Part shown: positions 37,854 to 47,667 of the stretch, one piece after another | Numbering within the stretch: the stretch's first letter is position 1 | How the letters are laid out: each line of letters starts with the position of its first letter | Source: Alphaproteobacteria bacterium | GTDB lineage: Bacteria > Pseudomonadota > Alphaproteobacteria > GCA-2731375 | DNA length: 64,000 bases | Reading direction: 5' to 3' | NCBI GenBank assembly: GCA_965232515.1 | Contig: CBDDPY010000002.1 | Span: forward strand, 1,664,001 to 1,728,000 | Made by a program: the position numbers and the translations under genes | The notes under the pieces: model-generated | What the model saw: only the letters and a program-made list of their open reading frames with translations | What the model was told of the DNA's origin: nothing | Database searches by the model: none

Positions 37854-39527
37854 ATGCCAGCTTACGCCTATCCGCATTATGACGCCGTTCGCCCGCCCGA
37901 GCTCGACGGCGAAACCGTCCTGCACGACGTCGCCATCGTCGGTGGCGGTCCCGTCGGCCTGAGCCTGGCGCTGGATCTGGCGCAGCGGGGCCTGCGCACG
38001 GTCGTCCTGCAGTCGAGCAACACGCTGAGCGAGGGCAGCCGGGCGCTGTGCTGGTCGAAGCGGACGCTCGAGGTCCTGGACCGCTTCGGCGTCGCGCGAC
38101 CGATCGCCGAGCGCGGCTTCACCTGGAGCACGGGCCGGGTCTACGCCGGCGACCGGGAGGTCTATCACTTCGATCTGCAACCGGAACGCGACCAGCCCTT
38201 CCCCGCCTTCGTCAATCTGCAGCAATACTTCGCCGAGGAATATCTGGTCGACGCGGTCAAGCGCGCCGGTCAGTTAATCGAGCTGCGCTGGCAGAACAAG
38301 GCGACGGGTATCGAGCAGGACGACGAATGCGCCACGCTCAAGGTCGAGACGCCGCACGGCTACTACCAGCTGCGTAGCCGCTATGTCGTCGCCTGCGACG
38401 GCGCCAAGTCGACGATCCGGCGGGCCATGGGGCTCGGCTTCGAGGGCCGGGTGTTCGAGGACAATTTCCTGATCGCCGATGTCGACGTTGCCGGCGATGT
38501 CGGCGCCAAGGACCGGCGCTTCTGGTTCAACCCGAGCTTCGATCCGAGCGAGACGGCGCTCTGCCACGGTCAGGGCGACGGCATGTGGCGGGTCGATTTT
38601 CAGCTCGGCTGGGACGTGGACGTCGATGCCGAGATGCAGCCGGAAAAGGCGCTGCCACGGATCAAGGCGATGCTGGGCCGCGACGATGTCGAGGCGACCT
38701 GGATCAGCATCTATACCTTCCAGTGCCGCCGGGTCGAACGCTTCCGGCATGGGCGCGTGCTGTTCGCCGGCGACGCCGCGCACCAGGTCTCGCCGTTCGG
38801 CGCGCGCGGCGGCAACTCCGGCATCCAGGACGCGGAGAACCTGGCCTGGAAGCTGGCCCTGGTGATAGACGGCCGGGCGCCCGACGCGCTGCTGGACAGC
38901 TATCACGACGAACGCTCCTATGCGGCGGACGAGAACATCCGCATTACCAGCCGCACGGTCGATTTCATGACGGCGAAGACGCCGCTGCGCGCCCGCATGC
39001 GTCGGGCCGTGCTGGGCCTCGCCGAGAAGCACGAGTTCGCCCGCGCCCTGATCAATTCAGGCCGGCTGTCGACGCCGACGGTGCATGACCAGTCGCCGCT
39101 CAACAGCGACCATGGACTTGCCGGACCGGCGGCCCCCGGCGGCCCCTGCCCCAACCGGCAGCTCGCCGACGGCGGCTATCTGTTGGACCATCTCGGGCGC
39201 GGTCTGCGCTTCGAAGGGTTGTACGTTGCGGACGCCGTGCCGAGCAGCACCGAGCTTTCGGCCTTCAAGGCGCTGCAGGCCGCCGAGGTGCCGATCGACA
39301 CCATCGTTGTCGGCGTCGACGACGCCGAGGGCCTGCGCACGCTGCCGGACCCGGACGGCCGGATCGCCGCGGCGCTCGACGCCGGTCCGGGGCAATACAT
39401 CCTGTTGCGCCCCGATCAGCATGTCGCGGCGGTGCTGCCGCGGCTCGACCTGGAGCAGATTCACGCGGCGCTCGACCGGGCGCTGGCGAAGCAACCGCCA
39501 CCCGCATTGGCGCAGGCGGGAGAGTGA
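37854..39527 (+). CDS. FAD-dependent aromatic monooxygenase (MhpA/MhaA-like)
   Basis: VGGGPVG, ACDGAKS and FAGDAAH.VSPFGARGGNSG motifs, with a C-terminal LLRPDQHV thioredoxin-like domain. Confidence 0.9.
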   Translation: MPAYAYPHYDAVRPPELDGETVLHDVAIVGGGPVGLSLALDLAQRGLRTVVLQSSNTLSEGSRALCWSKRTLEVLDRFGVARPIAERGFTWSTGRVYAGDREVYHFDLQPERDQPFPAFVNLQQYFAEEYLVDAVKRAGQLIELRWQNKATGIEQDDECATLKVETPHGYYQLRSRYVVACDGAKSTIRRAMGLGFEGRVFEDNFLIADVDVAGDVGAKDRRFWFNPSFDPSETALCHGQGDGMWRVDFQLGWDVDVDAEMQPEKALPRIKAMLGRDDVEATWISIYTFQCRRVERFRHGRVLFAGDAAHQVSPFGARGGNSGIQDAENLAWKLALVIDGRAPDALLDSYHDERSYAADENIRITSRTVDFMTAKTPLRARMRRAVLGLAEKHEFARALINSGRLSTPTVHDQSPLNSDHGLAGPAAPGGPCPNRQLADGGYLLDHLGRGLRFEGLYVADAVPSSTELSAFKALQAAEVPIDTIVVGVDDAEGLRTLPDPDGRIAAALDAGPGQYILLRPDQHVAAVLPRLDLEQIHAALDRALAKQPPPALAQAGE

Positions 39528-39529
39528 TC

Positions 39530-39730
39530 ATGACCGAAACCATGCGATCCGAACTCAACATCGCCGATCCGGACGCCTTCTACGAGGCGCTGATACGCTG
39601 CCACGAGGGCCTGAGCGACGACGACAGCAACCTGCTGAACGCCCGGCTTGTATTGCTGCTCGCCAACCAGGTCGGCGACATGGATGTGCTCGATAAATGC
39701 CTCGCCGCCGCCCGCGACGGTCTGGACTAA
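39530..39730 (+). CDS. DUF2783 family small protein (MhaB-like coupling protein)
   Basis: NIADPDAFYEALI..H.GL...S...NARLVLLLANQVGD motif. GGGAG RBS upstream. Confidence 0.85.
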   Translation: MTETMRSELNIADPDAFYEALIRCHEGLSDDDSNLLNARLVLLLANQVGDMDVLDKCLAAARDGLD

Positions 39731-39834
39731 AGTTACGGGGACAGTATACTTATAGTTACGGCAACAGTATACTTATAGTTTCGGGGACAGTAACCTTAAT
39801 TCCGTTTCGAATTAAGGTTACTGTCCCCGGAACT
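39731..39834. repeat. 23-bp tandem repeats followed by a 26-bp-arm hairpin (MITE/REP-like remnant)
   Basis: AGTTACGGGGACAGTATACTTAT (39731) and AGTTACGGCAACAGTATACTTAT (39754), then AGTTTCGGGGACAGTAACCTTAATTC-N6-GAATTAAGGTTACTGTCCCCGGAACT. Confidence 0.85.
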
Positions 39835-39854
39835 GGCGGGCTCCGCAACTTCTG

Positions 39855-40223
39855 TCAATCCTTCTTGCGTTTCTTTTTCGGCGCCTTGGCGGATTCGGCG
39901 CGGAGCGCCACGTCGACGGAATTGCGGGCCCAGGCGAGGATGTCGTCTTCGTTGTCGGCAACCTCGTCCGGAACCCGGTAGTACGACATCACCGCGCGTT
40001 TGCCGCCTTTCGCCTCGTAGACGAAGGGACCGGCGGCCATGGCCTCGTAGTCGCCCCGGTTCCGGTCGTCAACCTTGAAATAGAGCTCGTCGTTCGAGAT
40101 CAGAGCGAACATCAGGCCGCGATAGAAGATGCCGACGCCGCCGAACATGCCCCGCGTCGTCACCTTGCCGACGGGCTGCAACAACTCCTCGACATAGGCG
40201 CGATATTCCTTCGAGTAGGCCAC
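39855..40223 (-). CDS. TfoX/Sxy N-terminal domain protein
   Basis: RGMFGGVGIF, FALI..DELYFKVD and MSYY.VP motifs. Confidence 0.9.
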   Translation of the reverse strand: MAYSKEYRAYVEELLQPVGKVTTRGMFGGVGIFYRGLMFALISNDELYFKVDDRNRGDYEAMAAGPFVYEAKGGKRAVMSYYRVPDEVADNEDDILAWARNSVDVALRAESAKAPKKKRKKD

Positions 40224-40265
40224 GCGAGCACTCCGCGAATTGCCAGACTTGATGCCTCCAAGTTT

Positions 40266-40337
40266 GTCATTGCCGGACTTGATCCGGCAATCCAGAAGCA
40301 GCGGCCCTGGATCGCCGGGTCAAGGCCCGGCGATGAC
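40266..40337. repeat. REP-like palindromic doublet (GTCAT...ATGAC type)
   Basis: GTCATTGCCGGACTTGATCCGGCAATCCAG ... CTGGATCGCCGGGTCAAGGCCCGGCGATGAC. Confidence 0.78.
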
Positions 40338-40371
40338 GATGTGGAAAGCGCGAGTGCTGGCGTCGCCGACG

Positions 40372-41226
40372 TCAGTGCTTGAGCTGGCCGATGGTCTGGT
40401 ACATCTCCGGGCGCCGCTGGTCCATCAGCGGGTAGCGGCGCTTGACCTCGTCGATGAAGCCGAGGTCGATCTGCGCCGTGGTCACGCCCTCCTCGTCCGA
40501 CGCCGTCGCCACCACCGTGCCCCAGGGATCGACGATCATCGAGCGGCCGACGAAGGCGATGCCCGACTTCGGCTCGACGCCGTACTGGCCTGAGGCGACG
40601 ACCCAACATTGGTTCTCGGTCGCCCGCGCCCTTAGGAAAAACTCCCAGTGGTCGAAACGCGGACTCAGGAACGCCGAGGCGCAGACGATGATCTGCGCGC
40701 CGTTCAGCGCCAGCTCGCGATAGACCTCGGGGAAACGCAGGTCCGAGCAGACCGAAACGCCAATCGGCGCCAGGTCGGTGTCGAAAACAGGCAGCTCGGC
40801 GCCGGCCTCGACCTTGTCGCTTTCGCGGATACCGCCCTTGATGTCGGTGCGGTCGGGCGCGTCGAACAAATGCGTCTTCCAGTACTTGCCGACGATGCGG
40901 CCCTCGGGATCGATGAGCGGCGAGGAGTTGTAAAAGAGATTGCCGGACTGCTCGTAGATCGAGCCGACCACGTACATGCCGTACTTGCGCGCCTTCTCGG
41001 CCAGCAGGTCCGTCACCGGCCCGGGGATCGGCTCGGCGATCTCGGTATAGGCCTTCTCGCTGCTGTAGCCGAGACCGGTCCAGACCTCGGGTAGCACCAC
41101 GAGCTCCGAGCCGCGATCGCCGGCGACGTCGAGGAAGCCGAGCATCTTCTCGACCGTGGCATCCTTCTCACCATCGACAGCCGTGATCTGCACGGCCGAG
41201 ACCGTCATCCCGCCATTCGTCGCCAT
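40372..41226 (-). CDS. Carbon-nitrogen hydrolase (nitrilase superfamily, Nit1-like amidase)
   Basis: E-K-C triad in LPE, KTHLFD and VCSDLRFPE. GGAGGAGG RBS upstream. Confidence 0.92.
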   Translation of the reverse strand: MATNGGMTVSAVQITAVDGEKDATVEKMLGFLDVAGDRGSELVVLPEVWTGLGYSSEKAYTEIAEPIPGPVTDLLAEKARKYGMYVVGSIYEQSGNLFYNSSPLIDPEGRIVGKYWKTHLFDAPDRTDIKGGIRESDKVEAGAELPVFDTDLAPIGVSVCSDLRFPEVYRELALNGAQIIVCASAFLSPRFDHWEFFLRARATENQCWVVASGQYGVEPKSGIAFVGRSMIVDPWGTVVATASDEEGVTTAQIDLGFIDEVKRRYPLMDQRRPEMYQTIGQLKH

Positions 41227-41254
41227 GCGCCTCCTCCCGAGCTTGCCGTGCGCC

Positions 41255-42205
41255 CTAGTCCTGCAAGGCTTTCCACATCTCAATGTCGCGCCTGGCGGTC
41301 CAGATGCGCGGATCGTAGGTGCCGGTTACCTCATCATAGCAACGGGTGATGTCGAACGGCATGCAGTGCTCGAAGATCGCCCAGTCGCCGAACTTGCGGC
41401 GCAGGTTCTTGACCGTCGAGTCGTAGGTGCCCTTCAGGTCCTTCTTGGCCTTGACGCCGCGCTCGACGTTGCGGCGCAGCGAGCGCAGGAAGTCCTCGGT
41501 GCCGGCGATCGCCTTTTCGCATTGCGCCGGTGTCTTCAGGGCATCGCCCCGGCCCGGCACCAGCCGGCGCGGCTTTAGCGCACGCACGGCCTTCAGCGTG
41601 TCCGGCCACTCGGTGATATAGGCGTCACCCGCATACGGCGTCGCGCCGTTCTCGACCAGGTCGCCCGAGAACAGGATCTTCTGCTTCGGCATCCAGGCGA
41701 CGATGTCGCCCTTGGTGTGGCCCTTGCCGAGATGCATGAGCTGCACCTCGACCTTGCCGAGCCAGATCGTCATCCGCTCCTTGAAGGTCATGGTCGGCCA
41801 GGTCAGGCCCGGCACCGACTCGACGGACTCGAACAGCCGGGGGAAGCGCTCGACCTCGGACTTGTAGTCCTGCTTGCCGCGCTCCTTGATGAGATCGAGC
41901 GTCATCTCCGAGCAGACGATGTGGTCGGCCTTGTAGGCAGACGCGCCGAGCACGCGGACGGCATGGTAGTGCGTCAGCACGACATATTTGATCGGCTTCT
42001 TGGTGACGCGGCGGACGCGCTTGATCAGGTCCTGCGCCGCGACCGGCGTCGAGCGCGTGTCGATGACCATGACGGCGTCGTCGCCGATGATCACACCCGA
42101 GGTCGGGTCGCCCTCCGCCGAGTAGCTGTAGGCGCCCTCGCCGATCTTCTCGAAGGTTACTTTCTTCGCCGCCATGTCGCCGCGCGACGCAAAGGCCTTG
42201 GCCAT
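41255..42205 (-). CDS. MBL-fold metallo-hydrolase
   Basis: LTHYHAVR variant motif, GHTKGD, FSGDLVE and LVPGRG motifs. Confidence 0.9.
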   Translation of the reverse strand: MAKAFASRGDMAAKKVTFEKIGEGAYSYSAEGDPTSGVIIGDDAVMVIDTRSTPVAAQDLIKRVRRVTKKPIKYVVLTHYHAVRVLGASAYKADHIVCSEMTLDLIKERGKQDYKSEVERFPRLFESVESVPGLTWPTMTFKERMTIWLGKVEVQLMHLGKGHTKGDIVAWMPKQKILFSGDLVENGATPYAGDAYITEWPDTLKAVRALKPRRLVPGRGDALKTPAQCEKAIAGTEDFLRSLRRNVERGVKAKKDLKGTYDSTVKNLRRKFGDWAIFEHCMPFDITRCYDEVTGTYDPRIWTARRDIEMWKALQD

Positions 42206-42319
42206 GTTGACTGTCCCCTGTCCCAGGTTTCCGAACGTTGGCCGGCAAGATAGTGGCGCAGGCCAAGCGAGACAAGCGAACCTGGAACGCGCCGTCGTCG
42301 GCTGCTAAGACTCTCGGCC

Positions 42320-43171
42320 ATGATCATCGCCCAGATTACCGACCTCCATGTCTCGACCGAGGGCAGCGCCTCCGACCGGCGCTACCGGACGGCCGAGCAT
42401 TTGCGCCACGCGGTCGCGCATCTGAACGGTCTCGATCCGCAACCCGACGTGGTGCTGGCGACCGGCGATCTGGTGAACGACGGCACAGCCGACGAGTATG
42501 CGCGCCTGAAGTCCATCCTCGACGACATCGCGGCGCCGCTGTTCCTGATCCCCGGCAATCACGACGACCGCGCCAATCTGCGGACGGCGTTTGCCGGACA
42601 CGATTACCTGCCGGCCGACGGCGACTTCCTGCATTACGTGGTGGACGGTCATCCCGTGCGCCTGATCGGGCTCGACACGCTGATCCCCGGCGATCATGGC
42701 GGGCGTCTCTGCGACGCGCGTCTCGCCTGGCTCGACGCACGGCTCGCCGAGGCGCCGTCGGCGCCGACATTGCTGTTCATGCACCACCCGCCGTTCCGCA
42801 CCGGCGTCAACAAGATGGACACCATGTCGCTCGACGGCCGTGACGGCTTCGGCGCGGTCCTGGAAGGTCATGGCCAGGTTCAAGCCGTCATCGCCGGTCA
42901 CGTGCACCGCCCGATGACGCGCCGCTTCCACGGCACGATTGCCGTGACCTGCCCGTCGACGGCGCACCAGATCGCGCTCGACCTGCGCGACGGCCACGAG
43001 CTCGGCGTCGTCATGGAGCCGCCGGCCTGCATGCTGCATACCTGGCTCGGACCCGACGACGGCCTAGTCAGCCACCAGAGCTATATCGGCGCGTTCCGCG
43101 GCGCCACGCTCTTTGACGGCGAACGCTGGCTCTATACCGACACGCCGCATCCATTCGACACATCCGACTGA
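42320..43171 (+). CDS. Calcineurin-like metallophosphoesterase (CpdA/GpdQ-like phosphodiesterase)
   Basis: DLH, TGDL, PGNHD, HHPP and GHVH motifs. Confidence 0.92.
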   Translation: MIIAQITDLHVSTEGSASDRRYRTAEHLRHAVAHLNGLDPQPDVVLATGDLVNDGTADEYARLKSILDDIAAPLFLIPGNHDDRANLRTAFAGHDYLPADGDFLHYVVDGHPVRLIGLDTLIPGDHGGRLCDARLAWLDARLAEAPSAPTLLFMHHPPFRTGVNKMDTMSLDGRDGFGAVLEGHGQVQAVIAGHVHRPMTRRFHGTIAVTCPSTAHQIALDLRDGHELGVVMEPPACMLHTWLGPDDGLVSHQSYIGAFRGATLFDGERWLYTDTPHPFDTSD

Positions 43172-43188
43172 CGGCCGCGACCGCCGCC

Positions 43189-44100
43189 ATGGCCGCCGAT
43201 CCCGCCGACGCGTCCCGCCCTGCCCGCCTGCCGGCCGCCGTCAGCATCGGTTTGTGGATGGCGGTCAGCGCGATCTGCTTCGCCGGCCTGGTCGGCCTGG
43301 TCCGGCATCTCTCGGCCGAGATGGACGTGTTCGTCATCAGCTTCTGGCGTAACGCGTTCGCCATCGCCACGATCCTGCCGCTGCTGCTGCGCGCCGGCGA
43401 AAGCGGCTTGCGCACGAAACGTCACGGCATGTTCCTGACCCGCTCGGCCTTCATGGTGGCGTCGTCGGTGGCGCTGTTCTTCTCAGTGGTCCTGATGCCG
43501 GTGGCCGAGGCGACGGCGCTCAGCTTCACCGCCCCGCTATTCTCGGTCGCGCTGGCTGTATTGGTGCTGCGCGAGAGCGTCGGGCCGCGCCGCTGGACCG
43601 CCATGGCGATCGGCTTCGCCGGCACGCTGATCATCCTGCGGCCGGGCCTGGCCGCCTTCGATCCGGTGGCGCTGCTGGTGCTGTTCTCGTCGGCCATGTT
43701 CGCGGCCGTCGTGGTGACCGGCAAGATCCTCGACCGCACCGAGACGCCGGCCCGGATCGTCGCCTATCTCAACATCTATTCGCTGCCGCTGTCGCTGATC
43801 CCGGCGCTGTTCGTCTGGCAGTGGCCGACCTGGGAGCAGTTCTCCTGGCTGGTGGCGCTGGGTCTGATGGCGAACGGCAACATGTACGGCATCGCACGCG
43901 CCATGCGGCTCGGCGACGCGTCGCTGGCCATGCCGTTCGACTTTCTGCGCCTGCCCTTCGTGGCGCTGGTCGGCTATCTTGCCTTCAGCGAGCTGCCCGA
44001 CATCTGGACCTGGGTGGGCGCGGCGGTGATCTTCGGCAGCGCCGCCTATATCGGTCACCGCGAAGCGCAAGCGGCGGCCGTCAAACGGGAGGAACGGTGA
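43189..44100 (+). CDS. EamA/DMT family transporter
   Basis: Hydrophobic segments with FWRNAF, FTAPLF and PFDFLRL motifs. Confidence 0.9.
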   Translation: MAADPADASRPARLPAAVSIGLWMAVSAICFAGLVGLVRHLSAEMDVFVISFWRNAFAIATILPLLLRAGESGLRTKRHGMFLTRSAFMVASSVALFFSVVLMPVAEATALSFTAPLFSVALAVLVLRESVGPRRWTAMAIGFAGTLIILRPGLAAFDPVALLVLFSSAMFAAVVVTGKILDRTETPARIVAYLNIYSLPLSLIPALFVWQWPTWEQFSWLVALGLMANGNMYGIARAMRLGDASLAMPFDFLRLPFVALVGYLAFSELPDIWTWVGAAVIFGSAAYIGHREAQAAAVKREER

Positions 44101-44101
44101 C

Positions 44102-44953
44102 ATGGCCTTCGAGCATATTCTCTACGACGTCGACGACGGCATCGCGACCATCACGCTGAACCGGCCCGACGTGCTGAATGCCTGGACGCGCCAGATGGAC
44201 GACGACGTGCGGCAGGCGATGTCAAACGCGACGGCCGACGACGACGTGCGTGTGGTGGTCCTGACCGGCGCCGGCCGCGGCTTCTGCGCCGGCGCCGACA
44301 TGGCGCTGCTGAACGACACAATCGAAGGGTCCGGCGGCGCCGCGGAACGGGCCCAGGCGTCGGCCCAGCAATCGGCGCTGGTGCGCGGCCCGGTGCCGGG
44401 CGGCATCGACCCCGGCCCCGACTTCCACCTGCGCTATACCTACTTTCCGACGGTGCCGAAGCCCGTCATCGCCGCCATCAACGGCCCCTGCGCCGGCCTG
44501 GGTCTGATCATGGCGCTCTATTGCGACCTGCGGTTCGCGGCCGACGGCGCCGTCTTCACGACGGCCTTCTCGCGGCGGGGCCTGATCGCCGAGCACGGCG
44601 TCGACTGGATCCTGCCCCAGCTCGTCGGCCTGCCGAACGCGCTCGATCTGTTGCTGTCGGGCCGCCGGTTCCATGCCGACGAAGCGCAGCGTCTTGGCAT
44701 GGTCAACCGGGTCGTCGCGCCCGACGATCTGATGGCCGAGGTGCGCGCCTATGCCGGCGAGCTCGCGACCATGGTGTCGCCGCGCTCGATGCGGGTGATG
44801 AAGGAGCAGCTCTACCGCACCCGCACCCAATCGCTGGGCCAGGCCATCGGCTTTGCCGTCAAGGAAATGGCGCAGAGCTTTCAGAGCGAGGACTTCAGGG
44901 AAGGCGTCGCCCACTACGTCGAGAAGCGCAGCCCCGCCTTCACCGGCCGCTGA
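44102..44953 (+). CDS. Enoyl-CoA hydratase/isomerase family protein
   Basis: FCAGAD, AINGPCAG, AFSRRGLIAEHG and DFREGV motifs. Confidence 0.92.
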   Translation: MAFEHILYDVDDGIATITLNRPDVLNAWTRQMDDDVRQAMSNATADDDVRVVVLTGAGRGFCAGADMALLNDTIEGSGGAAERAQASAQQSALVRGPVPGGIDPGPDFHLRYTYFPTVPKPVIAAINGPCAGLGLIMALYCDLRFAADGAVFTTAFSRRGLIAEHGVDWILPQLVGLPNALDLLLSGRRFHADEAQRLGMVNRVVAPDDLMAEVRAYAGELATMVSPRSMRVMKEQLYRTRTQSLGQAIGFAVKEMAQSFQSEDFREGVAHYVEKRSPAFTGR

Positions 44954-44962
44954 GCCACGACG

Positions 44963-45640
44963 TCAGGCCGAGAGGTTCAAACCCATGTCCCAGAACGACG
45001 CCTCCAGGCGGGTGGCCTGGGCAAAGGTCGTCTTCAGCGAGTCCAAGCGCGCCGGCGTCAGGCGGGCATCGGCCAATCGGTCGAGCTGGTCGACGGCGGC
45101 GCGGGCGACCTCCTGGTACTCGTCGCCGGCATACATGTCGATCCAGTCGGCATAAGGATTGCCGTCCTGTTTGGTTGCCGGATCGGCCGCCAGCGCCCGG
45201 CCGATCTCGCCGTAGCCGACAACGCAGGGCGCCAGCGCCACGGCCAGATCGAGCGCATCGCCCGACAGGCCACGCTCCAGCACGTAGCGCGTATAGGCCA
45301 TGGTCGCGGTCGCTTCCGGCAGCTTTTCCATCTCGGCTTCCGTCATGCCCCAGCCGGCGCAGTATTTGACGTGCAGCCCCATCTCGACATCGAGCAGGCC
45401 GCTGACCGTGGCCGCCGCAGCGCGCATGTCGGCAAGGTTGTCGGCCTTGTAGATCGCCAGCGCATAGGCGCGCGCGAAGTGGATCAGGAACAGATAGTCC
45501 TGGCCGAGATAGTGCCGGAAGCTGGCTTCCGGCAGCGTGCCGGCGCCGAGCTGCTTGACGAACTCGTGCTCGCAATAGGCGCGCCAGTCCTCGGCGCAGG
45601 CTTCGCGCAACTGCCCGAACAGCGCGTTGGCGGCAGTCAT
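44963..45640 (-). CDS. tenA: Thiaminase II / aminopyrimidine aminohydrolase
   Basis: [16 protein letters not shown] (catalytic Cys), WIDMY and LEASFW motifs. Confidence 0.9.
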   Translation of the reverse strand: MTAANALFGQLREACAEDWRAYCEHEFVKQLGAGTLPEASFRHYLGQDYLFLIHFARAYALAIYKADNLADMRAAAATVSGLLDVEMGLHVKYCAGWGMTEAEMEKLPEATATMAYTRYVLERGLSGDALDLAVALAPCVVGYGEIGRALAADPATKQDGNPYADWIDMYAGDEYQEVARAAVDQLDRLADARLTPARLDSLKTTFAQATRLEASFWDMGLNLSA

Positions 45641-45972
45641 GACAGCAGCATGTTGCGGGTGGCGGCCGGCAGCCGCACGGTCAGGCCGTCCAGCGCCTCG
45701 GTCATGCGGATCTGACAGCCGAGCCGCGAGGTCTGGGTCAGGCCGAAGGCGAGATCGAGCATGTCCTCTTCCTCCTCGCTCGCCTCGTCCAGCTTGTCGA
45801 AATGGGCCGGCTCGACGATGACGTGGCAGGTCGAGCAGGCGAGGCTGCCCTCGCAGGCGCCCTCGATATCGATGTCGTTGCGGTGCGCGATTTCGAGCAC
45901 CGACAGGCCGACCGGCGCATCGACCTCATGGCGCTCCTGTCCGTCAGCGCTGACGAAAATCAACTTCGGCAT
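45637..45972 (-). CDS. fdx: 2Fe-2S ferredoxin (adrenodoxin/ISC type)
   Basis: [20 protein letters not shown] and SRLGCQ motifs. Confidence 0.93.
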   Translation of the reverse strand: MPKLIFVSADGQERHEVDAPVGLSVLEIAHRNDIDIEGACEGSLACSTCHVIVEPAHFDKLDEASEEEEDMLDLAFGLTQTSRLGCQIRMTEALDGLTVRLPAATRNMLLS

Positions 45973-46002
45973 GAAACGAGACTCCAAACGGCGCGCCGAC
46001 GT

Positions 46003-47136
46003 TCAGGCGGCGTCGGCACGGTCGCCGAGGCGGCTGTATAGCTCTTCCCAAACGGCGACGAAACGGTCGATCTCGGCCGGCGTCGTGTTCCAGCCCAGGC
46101 TGACGCGGATCGCCGTCATGGCCTCGTCCCGGTCGGCGGCCATGGCCTCCAGCACATGGCTGGCGGCGACCTTGCCCGACGAGCAGGCCGAGCCGGCGCT
46201 AACCGCGATGCCGGCAAGGTCGAACGACATGACCTGAGTCTCCGACGATACGCCCGGCATGGTCAGGCAAGACGTGTTCGGCAGTCGCTCAACGCCGCCG
46301 CCATAGATCCGCAAACCGGGGGCAATGGCGCGCAACCGCCGCTCCATGTCGTCGCGCTGCGCGGCGAGGCCGGCATAGTTGGACAGCCCCGCCTTGGCGA
46401 GACGGGCGGCAACACCGAAACCGGCGATGCCGGCAACGTTCTCAGTGCCGGACCGGCGGCCCATTTCCTGACCGCCGCCGATGATCTGTGCGGCCACCAG
46501 AAAGTCCTGCCGCATGACCAGCGCACCGACGCCCTGCGGCCCGCCGATCTTGTGCGCCGCCAGAGTCAGCAGATCGACGTCCAGTTCGTTCATATCGAGC
46601 GGGATCTTCCCGGCCGCCTGCACGCCGTCGCAATGCACCATGGCATCGTGCGCATGGGCGATGCGCGCAATCTCGGCCACCGGCTGAATGACGCCGGTCT
46701 CGTTGTTGGCCAGCATGATCGAAACCAGGCACGGCTTTTCAGCGGCGGCGATCGCACGCTCAAGGCCGGCAAGATCTACCAGCCCCTCGGCATCGACGGA
46801 CAGGATCACGGCCTCCGGATCCTGCATCACCGCCGGCGCCAGGACAGCCCCATGCTCGGTGCCGGAGACGATCAGGTGGCGATCGCCGAAGCCTTTGAGG
46901 GCCAGATTGTTCGCCTCGGTACCGCCGCCAGTGAAGATGACGTTTTCGGGCTTGGCGCCGACCAGCGCCGCAACCTCGGCCCGCGCCGTCTCCACGACCT
47001 TTCGAGCCGCCTGGCCGGCGCGATGCACGGACGAGGCATTGCCCACCGTCGACATCACCCGCGTCACCATGTCGATGACATCTGGCCGCGCCGGCGCGGT
47101 GGCGTTGTAGTCGAGATAAATCGGATCGTCCGCCAT
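46003..47136 (-). CDS. iscS: Cysteine desulfurase (IscS/NifS, group I)
   Basis: YLDYNAT, GNASS.H, ANNETG, AHKIGGP and SAGSACSSG motifs. Confidence 0.9.
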   Translation of the reverse strand: MADDPIYLDYNATAPARPDVIDMVTRVMSTVGNASSVHRAGQAARKVVETARAEVAALVGAKPENVIFTGGGTEANNLALKGFGDRHLIVSGTEHGAVLAPAVMQDPEAVILSVDAEGLVDLAGLERAIAAAEKPCLVSIMLANNETGVIQPVAEIARIAHAHDAMVHCDGVQAAGKIPLDMNELDVDLLTLAAHKIGGPQGVGALVMRQDFLVAAQIIGGGQEMGRRSGTENVAGIAGFGVAARLAKAGLSNYAGLAAQRDDMERRLRAIAPGLRIYGGGVERLPNTSCLTMPGVSSETQVMSFDLAGIAVSAGSACSSGKVAASHVLEAMAADRDEAMTAIRVSLGWNTTPAEIDRFVAVWEELYSRLGDRADAA

Positions 47137-47156
47137 GTCGTCGTGCTCCAAAGCGA

Positions 47157-47657
47157 CTAGTGGCGCAGGGCCGGATCGGGCCATTCCTCGGTGGGGCCGG
47201 CGGCCTTGGCCGGACGCGGTGCCGAGATCAGGCCGCTGCTGCCCAGCACCCGGCGCGCGACGACATCGTCGAGCGTCACCGAACTGAGGAACAGATAGAT
47301 TTGGTTGCCCAGCTCTTCCCACAGGTCGTGGGTCAGGCAGCGCTTCTTGTCCGTGCGGCAGCCCTGCGGCGACCCGGGCATGCAGCGGGTGGCGCGCAGC
47401 GGCTCGTCGACCGCGAGCACGATATCGGAGATCCGGGTCTCGGCCGCCGGCCGCGCCAGCAGATAACCGCCGCCGGGCCCGCGCACACTGTTCACCAGAC
47501 CGCCGCGCCGCAGCCGGCCGAACAATTGCTCCAAGTAGGACAGCGACAGTTCCTGCCGGTCGGCAATGTCCTGCAGCGTCACCGGCTTACCGTTGTCGTG
47601 GGCCGCGAGGTCGACCATGGCCATGACGGCATAGCGGGCTTTGCTGCTGAGCTTCAT
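47157..47657 (-). CDS. iscR: Rrf2 family Fe-S cluster regulator
   Basis: MKLSSKARYAV, SYLEQLF..L, SVRGPGGGY motifs and C..C..C.TH ligands. Confidence 0.9.
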   Translation of the reverse strand: MKLSSKARYAVMAMVDLAAHDNGKPVTLQDIADRQELSLSYLEQLFGRLRRGGLVNSVRGPGGGYLLARPAAETRISDIVLAVDEPLRATRCMPGSPQGCRTDKKRCLTHDLWEELGNQIYLFLSSVTLDDVVARRVLGSSGLISAPRPAKAAGPTEEWPDPALRH

Positions 47658-47667
47658 GTCGCGCCTG

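Noticed and set aside
39731-39834. Possible CRISPR array
   Set aside because: The repeats abut without spacers and there are no cas genes.
45641-45760. TPP riboswitch upstream of tenA
   Set aside because: This sequence is fdx coding DNA and has no riboswitch consensus.
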